Positions 39,518 to 54,964 of a stretch of 64,000 bases of DNA are shown in pieces. The notes beneath the pieces were generated by a model. That model had not been told where the DNA came from, searched no databases, and saw only the letters and a list, made by a program, of their open reading frames with translations. Source of the DNA: the human T2T-CHM13v2.0 reference genome, Homo sapiens; assembly GCF_009914755.1 (NCBI RefSeq), contig NC_060925.1; one strand, written 5' to 3'. How positions within the stretch are numbered: position 1 is the stretch's first letter; each line of letters begins with the position of its first letter. The position numbers were made by a program, and so were the translations under genes.

Positions 39518-42343
39518 TACATAAGAAAAGTTTTGGGTTTCCTGAGTTAACATTAAAGGAAACTTCTCTGAAAACCATCTTTCCATTGTCACTTTGGTGC
39601 TTGGCAACCACCATGGTAAGATGGCAGGTGGATAAGGAATATGTCTTTCTTTTCTAAAGGGAAAGCTGTCTAGTGTCAAAGGGCAAAGTGTAAATATAAA
39701 AGGGAAGAGAAAACGTAAAACAAGTGTCACGGAGAAAATAATCTTGACTCTTTCTCAGGCTGATAGATTTTCGAACTGAGTATGCAGGGAGGTTGAATAT
39801 CTGGCAATATGTATCAATGTGTATGTGTATGTATATGTATGTATTTCAGCCTGGCTACATTTTGGAGTGTCTTCTCACAATCCCAGGGGCATGAACACCA
39901 ATTTAAGACTCCTTATCTAGCTTATATATGCTTAAAAATGGAGTCTCTGGGTCAAAGAAAGTACAGATCAAATAATATACACCTACTAGTTATGTCAAAC
40001 TATTTTCCACAATGATAGTCATCAGAACAGCAATTCATGAACATACCTTTTTCTCCTAGAATAAATTGGTTTTCTCAGTCTCCTAAGAATTCCAAAGCTC
40101 TTGTTTTTAAATCAATATTGTGGTTATAATGCAGTTTTATTTTCTCCAGTACTCAAATAATGAATCTTCTTAGGAATATGGCTTATATTGAGGATCTCCT
40201 GCTAATTGTTTGTCCTGGTCTAATTGGTATGTTTTCTCAATTAACGTTATTTTTAAGATACAAGTTCTCAAGTTCTTTTCTGTATTGTCTGGATTTGGGG
40301 GGATTCATTTATACAATTCAGAGATACAGAACTAAAATATTTATAACACTTCAATTTTCACACCATAATTTGTGGAAGCATGGTCATCTTTAATGATATG
40401 TCATAATAATATAAGTAGCCATTAACCAATCCATGATACAACTTGAAACATAGAACAATGAGAATGACTTTAAACTGTCTATGTGTTTGTAGCCCATCTT
40501 ATCATCCTGCTTTCCTTCACTGAAAAAATAATTATTACTTAATTATCCTGAATATTTTTTATCATGCCCTTGCTTTAGAAATGTGTTTTTCTCATTAACA
40601 CATATGCACACATTTTCATAAATATATATACATTATGAATATATATTATTTATTACTAGTTATTTTAAACTCAAATAAAATCATACTTATAAAACTTTTT
40701 TTCCCATTCAATATTATAAAGATTCATGCAATAGCATGTTGTTACATTTTACTCATTTTCAATGCAGTATTACATCCCAATATGTTCATATATATCTCTG
40801 TTTCGGGATGATATTATTGTTTCCAGATTTGGGCTATTACAGGAAACAGACAACAGCAATGTGCTCCTAAAAACGTATTTAAATAAACACAAACCAAAAG
40901 AGGTTACCATTAACACTAAGATATCTTCTTGAAGCAAAATTTCAAATGTATAACATATTTTTGCATCTAAACATTGGCATAAAATAATAATATATTTTGT
41001 GAGTATAAAAATTCAATAGAAATCACAACTCTGGAAAAATAGTATATCAATTACAAAATCGGATGTCAAATTTCAAGCATATTCTGATTAAGTAATAATG
41101 GTGATTAAAATTAGGCTTAATGAAAAATTTTATAATTTCTAGCATAATAATGAAATAAATTATAGTATAACCAGATTTCCAAATATTTGTTTTATATTAC
41201 ATCTTTACAATTTGTTAAATTCAGTATACTGTCAAATTTGCTCAGAATATGGATACATACTTTGAGCTATCGGTAATATCCACATCTCAATATAGCAGGT
41301 TTGGTTCAGGTAAGCACCTAATAGGGGGTAATATAATACACATTGACTTGTAATCATAATCTGTGTTATGATTTACAAAGATAAACGCATTTTATTGGAC
41401 AGCATGATTTCTCCAAAGTTTTGATCTATACTGTTTTTATTGATAAAATGCATGCATATTCATCATATTCTAAACAGTGCAAACATAGCACCTTCTATGC
41501 AAGTAACACAAGTATTGATCATATCCACACTGAATAAAAGGGTCATATGACCATAAATGTCTTGAATTATTTTAAAAAGCAGGCTTTAAATTCATTCAAG
41601 CTTAATAGCAACTTGTTGATTTTTTCCTTCAGAATCACTGAAGGAAATGTGAAAATAGTAAATTTAAAATGAAAGATTGGGTGCTTGGCTTACATTTACA
41701 CAATTTCAGACACATGAATTAAGCCATAAAACTCTTCATCTAGAAACAAAGATGAATACTTTTTACACATTTTCAAAGGCAATATAATCACATTTTGATG
41801 TATTTGAATGATTCTTGGATGTCTATTAGCCACAGTGGAACTCTATATATTTGTATATAGCTCTTTTGACTTGATTATTTATGATTCTGCTAGAAAATTT
41901 GTAACAAGGTTATAGAACTTTCCTCTTTCAAACTTTATTGAATTATCTGAGTTCTCACATACTGTTTTTTCCTCAAAATGAGAATGTCAGCAATTTGTTT
42001 CATTTTCATAATGAACTGCAATTATCCTACATTAGAAAAAGAAGATTTTTACTTTGAGATGTCAGATTATTTTTTTAAAAATGGTTTCCAACTGAACACA
42101 AAGCTATAATTTAATTTTTGCTGACATCATAAACTATATAAGTTGAGCATAAGTAGTTTATGAATAACAGAACAATTTAAATTATATCCTAATGATTTAT
42201 TTCAATAGAATAAAAGGTTTTTACAAAAGTGTCTTCCATTGAAATTCAAATAATTCATTTTCTCCATAACGGCAGTAAAGCAGATTATCTTCCCTATTCA
42301 GTCATTTTTTAAGTAAGAATTAGATAGTGTTAAATATATTTAT

Positions 42344-42703
<360 letters not shown>

Positions 42704-43559
42704 CTATTTTAAATATGTATTGCCCTTTTGTTAATTTTTACTATTCAAAAGTCTTCCTAGAATCACAAAATATATTATATAGTGTTCTTTTTCATGGTGT
42801 TAATTACAAACTAAAAACACCATAACACTCATACTGTTTAACCCTGACATGGTAGATGGTAAGTAGACTACATAAGATCAAGGAAAAATTAAATCAAATG
42901 ATCATGTTCTAAATAAGTAAGGTACCTTGACTTCTTTAGAGATTATGGTAAATCTATTTGTTCTCAACTAGCAATGAACACTTTTCCATATGGATTGCAT
43001 TAATTTCTGAATGTGCTTACAACAATATTTTCTTTTAATGTAACAATTTAGCTATTGCATCAAACTAGAAATCTCCCTGTGCCAAGGCCTTCTTATAAAA
43101 ATCTTTCAATTTTACACCCTCCTCTTGATTTCCATTTCTACTACTTTAGTTTGATCCATGATACACCTTTGCTAGGCAAATCATATGTACTTTGTCCTTG
43201 GTTGTTGTCATTTATCTTCCTAATGTACATTATCAGGTTTGCTTAAAATTCATCAGTGTGCCCTTTTTCCCATGTATAAATCTAACACCTGTTAGTGGGA
43301 CATACAATATTATTGAAAATATGTTTCTAATACTTATTACAAGTCTAGTCTTCAGTAGCTCCATGGAAGGGGGAAAATGCAGGCTAACTAAAAGATTGCC
43401 AATATTATGAGTCCTGATAACCTGTAATCAATCAACTAGTGGGTGCTGAATACCTTCTCTCTTCTTCTCAGGTCTGAATTAATCATGGGCATTGAAGAAT
43501 GAATGGAGTGGCCAGATAAAAGCAGGATGCATTATACCCCCGATTCTTTCATTAGACCC

Positions 43560-45883
43560 TGATATGGTTTGGCTCTGTGTCCCCACCCAAATCTCACCTT
43601 GAGTTATAATCCCCATGTTTCAAGGGAGGGACCTGGTGGGAGGTGATTGGATCCCATGCCATCCTCATGATAGTGAGGGTGTTCTCACAAGATCTGATAG
43701 TTTGAAAGTGACAGTTTCTGCCCCCCCGCCAAAAAAGTGAGTTTCCCTGTGATCCATCTCTCACCTGCTGGCTTGCTTCCCCTTCAACTTCTGCCATGAT
43801 TGTAAGTTTCCTGAGGTTACCCCAGCCATTTGGAACTGTGAGTCAATTAAACCTCTTTCCTCATAAATTACCCAGTCTCAGGTAGTATATAGCAGTGTGA
43901 AAATTGACTAAGGCAGAGAATTGGTACCAGGACAGTGGGGTAGTGCTGTAAAGATAACCTGAAAAATGTGAAAGCAACTTTGGAACTGAGTAACAGACAG
44001 AGGTTGGAACAGTTTGGAGGGCTCAGAAGTAGACAGGAAGATATGGGAAAGTTTAGAACTTCCTAGAGACTTATTAAATGGTTTTGACCAAAATGCTGAT
44101 AGTGATAAGAACACTGAAGTCCAGGTTGAGGTGTTCTCAGATGGAGATAAGGAACTTACTGGGAACAGGAGTAATGGTCACTCATGCTATGCTTTAACAA
44201 AGAGACTGGTGGTATTTTGCTTCTGCCCTGGAGATCTGTGGGACTTTGAACTTGAGAGAAATGATTTAGGGTATCTGGTGGAAGAAATTATTAAGCATTA
44301 AAGTGTTCAAGATGTGACCTGGCTTCTCCTGAAAGCATAGAGTTATAAGCATTCACAACGAGATAGTTTAAATTTGGAACTTATGTTTAAAGGGGAAGCA
44401 GAGTGTAAACATTTGGAAAACTTGAAGCTGATCATGTAATAGAAAAGAAAAAAACAGTTTTCAGGGGAGGAATTCAAGCCAGCTGCAGAAATTTGCACAA
44501 GTAATGAGGAGCCAAATGTTAGTCATCAAAACAATGGGGAAAATGTCTCCAGTGAATTTTAGAGATCTTCAAGGCAGCCCCTCAAATAACAGGCCTAAGG
44601 GCCTAGGAGCAAAAAATCGTTTAGTGGGCCAGAGCCAGGGCCCAGCTACTCTGTGCAGCCTTGAGACTTGGTGCCCTGTGTCCCAGCCATTCCAGCTCCA
44701 GCCATGAATAAAGCAGCCAAAGTACAGCTCAGGCCACTGCTTCAAAGGGTGCAAGCCCCAAGCTTGGTGGCTTCCATGAGGTGTTGGGCTTGTGGGTTCT
44801 CAGACAAGATTGAGCTTTGGGAATCTCTGCCTAGATTTCAGTGGGTCTATGGAAATAAATGGATGTTCAGGCAGAAGTCTGCTACATGGGTGGAGCCCTC
44901 ATGGAGGACCTCTGCTAGGGCAATGCAGAGGGGAAATGCAGGTTGGGGCACTGCCTAGGGGAGCTGTGAGAAGAGGACCACTGTTCTTCAGACCCCAGAA
45001 TGGTAGATCCACTGACAGCTTGCACATGTGCTTGGAAATGTTGCAGGAACTCAACACCAGCCTGTGAAAGCAGCTGCAGGGGCTGTACACTGCAGACCCA
45101 CAGTGGTAGAGCTACCCAAGGCCATGGGAGCCCACTACTTCCATCAGTGTGCCCTGAATGTGAGAGATGAGTAAAAGGGGATTATTTTGGAGCTTTGAGA
45201 GATAATGAGTGCCCTGCCTGGTTTCAAACTTGCATGGGGCCTGCAGCACCTTTGCTTTTGGCTACATCTCCCATTTGGAATTGGAGTATTTACCCAATCC
45301 TTATACCCACATTGTTTCTTGGAAGTAGCGAACTTGTTTTTTTATTTTACAGGTTCATATGCAGAAGAGACAAGTCTTGTCTCCGATGAGACTTTGGACA
45401 TTGACTTTTAAATTAATGCTGGAGTGAGTTAAGACTGAGGGAGGAACCATTGGGAAGGCATGATTTGCTTTTAAATGTAAAAATGACATGAGATTTGGGA
45501 GGGGTCAGGGACAGAATGATATGATTGGGCTCTGTATCCCCACTCAAATTTCATCTCAACTTGTACTCCTCATGTATAGAGAAAAGACCCTGGTGGCAGG
45601 TGATTGAATCAGGGGGTTGAAGGTATTGCTGTTCTTGTAGTAGTGAGGGAGTTCTCATGAGATATGATGGTTTAAATGTGGCAGCTTCCCCTGGTGCTCT
45701 CTCTCTCTCCTGCCGCCATACGATGTGCTTTACTTCCCCTTTGCCTTCTGCCATGATTGTAAGTTTCCTGAGGCTTCCCCAGGCATTCAGAACTATGAGT
45801 CAATTAAACCTCTTTTTTTCATAAATTACCCAGGCTCAAGTATTAGTAGTATCTTTATAGCAGCATGAAAACATACTAATACA
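43560..45883 (+). mobile_element. Complete MaLR provirus, THE1D-like: LTRs 43560-43915 and 45517-45883, internal ~1.6 kb
   Basis: Both LTRs begin TGATATG and carry GAGTCAATTAAACCTC. Internal ORF remnant EGSEVDRKIWESLELPRDLLNGFDQNADSD. Purine-rich tract precedes the 3' LTR. Confidence 0.95.
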
Positions 45884-46129
45884 GGTTCTAAGGGTAAAAT
45901 TATTAGATTTGATAAATACTTTCACATTATATCATTAATCCTGCCTCATATTCTGCATGATTAATGCAGAAGGTGTTGTAATAATGTAATAAAATAAGCA
46001 GCTTTGTTTCTAATCTACGTATTTGCTGTCCGAAATACTTCAGATTTAGCTTCTAACCCATGCTATCCTCTCTGACGTGCACATCTGGAGCAATCTCTGC
46101 TACTCTTGTCACAACTCTCATTATTCCTT

Positions 46130-46285
46130 GTGCCCACTTCTTATTTATTTGTTTATCTCTCTTGCTAGTGCATAAGCTTCCTGAGGCCTAAAACCTTTCA
46201 TGTTTTGTTCGTTGATTTATCTGTAGCACTGGACAGTTTCTGGTCTATGATAAACATCTAATAAATATTGGTTGAATGAATAAAG
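46130..46285 (+). mobile_element. L2 3' end
   Basis: TAAGCTTCCTGAGG..TGTTTTGTTC..TAGCAC..AATAAATATTGGTTGAATGAAT. Confidence 0.75.
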
Positions 46286-49152
46286 AATTTGAGTACTAAT
46301 CATACACTGCCAAACACACTGAGCATTTTAAATCCTGAACAAAAGATCACAAGGTCATGGTTCTGCATTCTACAAATCATATTGTATATCAAGTGTCTAA
46401 AATTTTGTATGTTTTTCCTATGTTGCAGTTTATCATTTAAGTGGTGGCTGGTAATTTGAGGTGCCAAACTGAGAGATGTACTCCTACCACTTGTCTAGGT
46501 ATCAACTCTACAATCTCAGCTGTGCTTTAGCTTACAGAATTAGCAGAAAAACATCTTGCTTAAAAATCTAAAATACAATGACACTCCATCATATGATTTT
46601 ATAAGTAGGTGATCATGTGTGTTACAAATACTCTCTTTATAAAAGCTGCAGTCTATTACAATGGTTAAATATACTCATAATTATAGCTGTTCTAAATTTG
46701 AAAAAATCATTTAAACATTTAGCTGACGTCAGCCACACTGTGAGCAGAGTTATCAGTCATCCTGATGTTAAAGAAGAGAGCAGAAAGAAAAAGTAATTTA
46801 TAAATGTGCTTCAGCCACGGAGAGAAAAGTAATGCCTGAGAAATCAAAGGGATGATTTTGAAAAGTTGGAGTGAAGATCTATTGCTTCATTCTTTCTGAT
46901 TTATGTATACATCTTATTTATCAATTATTCCTAATATTTCCCTAATCGTATCCCAAAATTCATGTAAGGTATAAGAACTTAAACAATACATCAGATTATC
47001 TTTTTTTCCAGGGACAATACAAAATCAACTGGAAGAAGTAGACATATATAATAGTGATTAAAATAAAGTAATAAACAGAATAATAAAATGTACATTATAT
47101 GATATTAAAGAATGGAAAAAAGCATGAAAACTCCTATGGGTATGTGGGCAAAGTTAGAGAGGGCTTTCTGAAAGAACTGGCATTGTAGAATAACCTAAAT
47201 GACACTTGACTAAGAGAAGGCAAGGCATGAAACACTTGTGGCAGAGTGGAGAGGTGCATTGAGCATTCCCAGCTGCTTTACTCATCTCGTCTCTCTTATT
47301 TCCAGGATGTGACAGAAGCCAGGGAAGAGTCCCTGGGTTATGTCTAAATTTAGTGCCTGCAATTGCTGGGATGTGGATGAGTGTGTGCATATGAATCTGT
47401 ATGTGTGTGCGTGCACATTTGCTAAGGAGTTGTGGTTGTTCCATGTTCTGACTTATGGCAATTTGATTGCACTTGGGGCGTGTCTGTAAGTTACTTATGT
47501 CATTGTAGTGATTTCATTCTTAACTGTGACATTTTAAACAAATGTGTGAATAAATACATAAAGATTGGTTTTTAAAAAAAAGAAAGGCTGTTCCTTTCTT
47601 TGACAAATTCTCCGATGTATAAATTGACTTTAATTTTCTGAAGTATGTCTCTGATCCATCCAATGACTGCTCAAAATGTTCTGTGTTCTTGTCTTCACCT
47701 TGCCTATATGTCACAGTTTTTGGTTGACTTCTTCGGCAGTCTTTTCACCATGAGTTCATATACCCCATCACTCACCTTTATAAAACGTATACTGACTGCA
47801 AAATGAAATACTCACTATTTCTCAAATATTCTATGCTTTCCTTTCCTTACTGTGTTCATGCTTTTAATTTTCTCCTCAAAATTATCTTTAAATTTTTTTT
47901 TTACATGAAGAATCTTGATCATTCGCGATGGTTCATCACAAAAGACATTTTGTATATAATTTAATCTGATCCAATCCATTTAAAGCACTACTCCTGAATT
48001 ATTAAATGACAGCATTTGTAAATTCATACTTTTGTAGTGTTCTGTAGTATATATTTAGATCCATTCCCTCAGCTAATAGCTATTTAATTCTTTGAGGAAA
48101 GTCATAAATTTATTTTTTGATTTGCTGTAAGAAAATTACCAGTGAGTCTCAAGCCAAGAGATATTTATTGTGTATCTCATCCTCTTACTTCTACTTGTAT
48201 GGGTTTTTAAAAGAACTTTGTAAGGGAATATGTACTGTTTTATGCTTCAATCATCATTATTGCAGATTCCTCATGATTATTGTCTTCATACATAACATGT
48301 TTTTATGAGTGTACAATGTATTTTACTAAGTGCTTTACCTGTAGCGTAACTTACAACTGCTGATTTGGTTTCATGTGTTCTTTCTTTCTTCTCTTAATGA
48401 ACTCTTATTTAAGCCAATAATGCTTCCTCCAGGTTTTAGTAGGGTCTTGTTTGACTTTTAAGGGTAGTTTGGGGTTTAGTCAAGAGGTATTTCTAGACAT
48501 CATGTGTTAATACTATGTTTTGATTGTTGATCTTAACTTTAAAAATGAAAAGCACACCATGAATTTTTATAAATATTTATTTTACCTGTATGTTCTCTGG
48601 ATTTGCCTGTCAACTATATATTAGACTTTATCTCTCTTGACAGACAATGACATATATAGATATGTATGATAGAGATAGACTCATTATCTATCTATATTTG
48701 TATCTATATGAAATCCTCTCTCTCGACTGAAAGAAATAGAAATAGATGTTCAGATTTTCTTCTCTTTCACATCCACTAGACTGCATTTGCAACACTGTGC
48801 TTTGCAGACCATTGGGTAAATATGGCCATTTAATTGATATGGATATCTTAAGCTTCATTTTTATACATAATCCAAAGAAGATTCAAGAGAATTAAAAAAA
48901 GAGGAGAAACAAAGTGAAATTTTAAGTAAATTACTTAAGGCTAAGAATGTGCGGTTCCAAGCCCCTATTATCTTTTTCTAGCTCTTATTCAGAGTTCACT
49001 TGACCCAGAGGCCCAGGCAAGAGCTGTGTCTACATTGGAGCCTAACGACATTCTTCATATGGCATAAAAGGGAGTATAATGTAAACCTCAAGAAATAAGG
49101 AGAACTTTGTTTTAATTAGCATTCAACAATACACTTTAAGCTCAAATGAATT

Positions 49153-49593
<441 letters not shown>

Positions 49594-51751
49594 ATATTTT
49601 TAAAAGTCAGAATTCATCTGAGTAGTCTTTTTTGTCTACAGTATTTTTTGTGAACTAGTTGAGTTCTAACTTTTTTATGTTTGTTAATTATGTTGAAGAC
49701 ATGTCTAATTAATCACATCCAAATAATTATAAATTGCCAGTTTCAATAGGAATTTGGGGACACCTATCACTTATATAGTACATTTGTACAGACGAGTTGC
49801 TCAAAAATATAAAGTTTAAAAATTGTGGACTGCTTATGCTGAAGTATGAACAGTAAATGTGAGTATGGTTCCCTAACAAAAAATGTATATTAAACAGGAA
49901 GAGGTTTGAAAATTTGTTCTGACTTTTGTGTTTAAGCAAATAGAAAAAGTCTATTTCATGGGAAACAAAAACATGAATTTAAAATACAACAAATAAACTT
50001 ATATTTATGAAATAAGAAGGATAAAATCACAGGTTACTACATAAATGATGTGTACTTTGTAAATTTGCTAACCAGACTAACATTTCTTGGTCTTGACCCA
50101 GTTTGTTGTGGCAAGACAGATCTGTTGCAGGTTAAATATTTATTGTTATTTTTAAAATATTTTCTCGTATTATTCATCTTTAGAATGCAGAATTCACTTG
50201 CTGTGATCACAGAAACTCTTTTTCTTAAACTCCTAAACTCTATCACAGATATGCAAACACCACGAATTCCAATGTCGTATTGTCGTAGAAAAGGAGTGAT
50301 ACAGCTTTTCAAAAACTGGAAATTCTTGTGTGAACAGAATCCTTTATCTCTGCTTAGTCTACAGGGAAGTGTTACAGTGATGAATGACTTTCAATTCTCC
50401 TACTTTTTTATCCTTAGCATTACAAATTTTCATTCAGTACCCAACTTTCCTGTCTGACATATTGTACCTCTCAGATTGAAAAGTCCCATTATGGGAATAT
50501 TTGAAACTTCCTGTCAGTAGTAAATCAGAGTAAGTTTAGTCTGTTTATAACTTCTGTCATTTTTTGACTTGTACATCACATTAATATAACTAATGCTCTG
50601 ACTTAAATAATGTTCATATTTTCACTGTTGAAAAGTTGTCCCACATTAAATGACTAATATCTCATTACGAATATAGAAAATTGCCTTTTGTGAAGTTATG
50701 AGCCCTCAAGGACTAGGAACTAAGAATCTAGAATCCTGAATTTCGCTACCTGAGCTTTAATTTAAATTCAGAGTGGCTATTCTTTAGCCAATAGCATAAG
50801 AATCCCAGACAAGGCAGACTTATTTTGTCAAGTTAAAACATAGATATCACAAATTTTGTCCCTTCTCTCATTTTCCAAGAAATTCAACAAGTGAGGGAGA
50901 AGAGTTTTTTTTTTCTTTCACTTAAAACAAGAGAAAACTGAATATAATGATTTTTAAGACATAAATAAAAAGGCATGCTGATAATTTTAAACTATATTTT
51001 AAATTACATATTGATTTATTCGATCTCCAGCCTCTTCCTCTAAAATTAATGAAGTATATTTGTTGAGTCAATTGGGATCCTGAAACCCAAAGTGCTTCTT
51101 GATGTACCAGAAATAGAAGTTTAGGAAGTAGCCTAGTATATTTCCCTTTTGGAAAATGACTTGCATAGAAATGAAGAAACTGGTAACTCTTAAGTGCACA
51201 GTTTCTCGCATCCTGAGAAACAAAACGAGATTTAAAATCTTACTTGCTACTTAGGAAAGGAAAGGAACTGTAAATAGCTCAACTGATCCATTTAAGGGTA
51301 ATGGTAGCACATCTCCAGCAAGACTATCACAGTGAAATTTCCTGCAATGCTGGGCTTAGCTCACAGAAACCAGAAAAAGCTCAGAAAACATACATGCACA
51401 TGTAGAGAATAAATTATGTCATGAACCAACAAAAGAGTAAAGAAAACTCATTCCTTTGATAAAGATTGTGTTATCTTCTCTGACCATGTCTAGTTTGAGC
51501 AGAATTTTCTCAATCCCATAACTTTTTTCTCCACCTACTTGCTTCTGAAATAAATTGGAAACTACAACATGCAAAATATTCAGGAAGAAAGCAGATTATT
51601 TTGGGGCAGAAAGTCATGAAGTCAGTTAGAGGTACATCAAAACTAGCAGAAAAGATGGTAATTACGATATAAACGTTTCTTTATGTGTCAACCAGAGAGA
51701 TAAAATTGTAGTGACAAGACATATAATAACTGTGGGGCTTATAAAATGCAT

Positions 51752-52052
51752 GGCTGGGTGTGGTGGCTCATATCTGTAATCCCAGCCGTTTAAGAGGCCA
51801 AGGAGAGAGAATTGTTTATGACCAGGAATTTGAGGCCAGCCTGGGCAATATTGTAAGACCCTGTGTCTACAAAAAAAAAAATATTTAAAATTTACTGGGC
51901 ATGGTGTCATGCACATGTAGTCTCAGTTCCTCAGGAAGCTGAGGTGGGAGGATCTCTTGAACCCAGGAGGCTAGGGATGCAGTGAGCCATGACTGTGCCA
52001 CTGCACTCCAGCCTAGGCAACAGAGGAAGACCCTGTCTCAAAAAATAAAAAA
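51752..52052 (+). mobile_element. AluJ
   Basis: Diverged dimeric Alu with AluJ features. TSD AAATGCAT on both sides. Confidence 0.93.
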
Positions 52053-52629
52053 ATAAATGCATGGATGCCCTAGTGAAATATGCCTACACCGTAGATATCA
52101 CGGTTTGAGAACAGGACAAGAGGAGCCTCTACAACACTGCCAACAAAGCTTAACAGTGTCGTATCATGCAACTTGATCCCTTGTCTTGATCACTGTGACA
52201 ACGAAAGGTAAGGGAGAATGTTAGCCTTCTTTTGCTGGTGGTAAGTGCTTCTGGAAAAGGATTTATCAGACCAAAAGTTAGATGTACTTTTGTGCAGTCG
52301 ATTAATGTAGTTACAACTACAACCTGCCCTGAGGAGTTAGACCTGTGACCATTGTTCTACTTACAGCACAAGAAAAGAAATTTGTAAAGAAATAACTCCC
52401 TTTAATAGCTCAGAGATGACCATTTATGTATAAGACAGTTTCAGTTTGTATGAGAAAGGCTTGCAATGGGTGATAGTTTCAGGGACATTTGTAACTAACC
52501 AATTGATGGTAATAAAAACATTCTTTAAAAGTGAATAATAAAAATATTTACATAATAACCTAATATAATATTTTCTCTTTTCCCTAAAAAGTGTTTATTT
52601 ATTACACACACAAAAATTGAACAACTACT

Positions 52630-52830
52630 ACAGCTCAGGCTGTGGAGAAGGTTCAAACCCTGGCTTGGCCATTAATCTGGGGAAATTACTTACTGTGTCT
52701 ATCCTCCTTGCTTTTGTCATCTGTAAGTACAATTCATAATAGTTCCTCACTCATGAGTTTGTTGAGGGGATTAATTTGTTTGTTAATGCATGTAGGCCAT
52801 TCAATAAACGTTAGCAATTAACATTGCTAT
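52630..52830 (+). mobile_element. MIR
   Basis: GGTTCAAACCCTGGCT..TCATCTGTAA..ATAATAGTTCCTCACTCAT..TTGTTGAGGGGATTAA..TCAATAAACGTTAGC. Confidence 0.7.
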
Positions 52831-53169
52831 TATGAACAACGTTTTGTAAAAATTATAATGTCCTCAAAATGCTCAACACAGAATCCTACATAAAAAAATA
52901 AAATAAATGACCAATAGCCTATCTATCATATCCATAGCATAATTTAATTATTTTAAATATGCAAAAGCATAGACTATCATGATGTTAGCAGTAATCCTGT
53001 CAATAATATGGGGTTAAATTAAATTAAAAGTTTTTATATGTACATAGTGTACATGTTCCTTGTTATTCTTATAATTATGTAACAATAAAAATTAATTAAA
53101 TACCATTAAAATCAAAGAAATATACTTCAGTATATACATGTTTAGAGGTGCAAAAATACAAGAAAATCC

Positions 53170-53315
53170 TAGAAACTACTCAAATCTGCTATTATCATAA
53201 AAGCAGTCATAGAAAAAACCTACAGGCATGTCTTTTGGAAAAAAAGGAAAAAACTCATTTACAAAACCAAATGTCACACTGGTGTGGCCTGTGGGCCAGA
53301 GTTTGCTGACTTCTA
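53170..53315 (+). mobile_element. MER58-like hAT MITE fragment
   Basis: AACTACTCAA..AAAGCAGTCATAGA..ATTTACAAAA..TGGCCTGTGGGCCAGAGTTTGCTGAC. Confidence 0.65.
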
Positions 53316-53694
53316 GGATATAGCATGTAATGGGAATGCAGTAATAAGAGAAACATATGGAGAGGAAATTACTGAACTAGCCACTAGCATAGAAAGCCAG
53401 GGAGAACTATTCTCTCCAAGAGGTATTGAGATCCTAAGAATTAGGAGTTAGAAATGTGTTGAGCACAGAGGGGCATTTCAGGCAGAGGGAGTAGAAAATG
53501 CAATGTGCTGCAGTTGGCCATTTTGACTTGAAAAATGGAAAGAGCACTAATGAGACTAGAGTTTAAGGCAAGAGATATAAAAAAGGGAAAATTCATGTCA
53601 TGAAGAGCACTGTAAACCATATTGATGGATTCTGTTTCTGTTTTTAGTTAAAACAATAGACAAATTTGATGGTTTTCAATATTGTAAAATCAGG

Positions 53695-54090
53695 GTGTAT
53701 TATAATGGCTTTCTGGGAATGCACACATAGATGGAGGCTAAAAGAAGAAAGTTTTTTTTTGTGGCGTACTCTAAGGAAAGAAAAAGGCAGGATTAGGCAC
53801 AGAGAGAAGTTGAATTACCATGCAATTCCAACTGAGTCTCAGCACATTTTATAAGAAACTTTCAGTCTAGCATGGCCCTTCAGAGTTGTACTATATTCTG
53901 GCAAGAGAAAAGAGTCTTTAAGGATTATATCAACCGGTCATAGTCAGGGCTTTCTTTATGGTAGAGGGCTTGTTTTTTTGGGAGGTGCTCCCAAGGTTAG
54001 GGAGGCACTTCACTTAGACCAAGAGTAATTTCCTATGTGGGACCCAGCACTGTGCTGAAAGCAGAGGCTATTCCGTGACTGGGAATATCT
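53695..54090 (-). mobile_element. Old ERVL LTR (LTR33-like) within L2 remnants
   Basis: GCAGGATTAGGCACAGAGAGAAGTTGAA..ATGGCCCTTCAGAGTTGT. L2-like antisense sequence lies at ~53340-53690 and ~54130-54640. Confidence 0.55.
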
Positions 54091-54645
54091 CCTAGCTGTT
54101 TCATCTAACTAGAAGGTATTTGGGAAGATTATCACGAAATAGATTGATTAGTATTTTGATGAAATTATTTTGATTGTGTTGTAGAAGATGGATTCATAGT
54201 AATCAAAGATGGAAAAACAAACAAACAACAACAACAACAACAACAAAACAGAGGAGGAAATACAATGGTTCAGATCAAAGCTAATTGAAGTTTGAATTAG
54301 GATAATGTTAGTAATGGGAATGGCTAATAACGTCTCCTTGAGAGATTAATTTGAAGGTTCAATTGTTGGGTTTGGGAATATATTAGGTATACAGAATGAA
54401 AGAGAAAGGAAGATCAAATAAAATCTTCGTTTCTGGCCTGCAGAATGCTGGAGTGACTGGGCCATTCCTTGAGATTTTGAATACTGGAAGATAGACAAGT
54501 TTGGTGGAAAAATCATGAGAATATTTGGGCGTGCTGAGATTGGAGTAACTTTTGCACATCAGGACAGTTATTATAAGTAGTATGTAAGATTTAATGAGCT
54601 CGAGTTCAGGGCTTAGGATAAAACTTAGAAGTCATTGGTTTAGTC

Positions 54646-54964
<319 letters not shown>

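Noticed and set aside
45600-45612. DUX4-like motif in the THE1 LTR
   Set aside because: It reads TGATTGAATCA rather than the TAAT-starting consensus, and a motif alone does not show binding.
50037-50457. 135-aa and 91-aa overlapping ORFs in unique DNA
   Set aside because: No recognisable domain, non-ATG start for the longer one, composition typical of AT-rich noncoding DNA, and no supportable splice structure.
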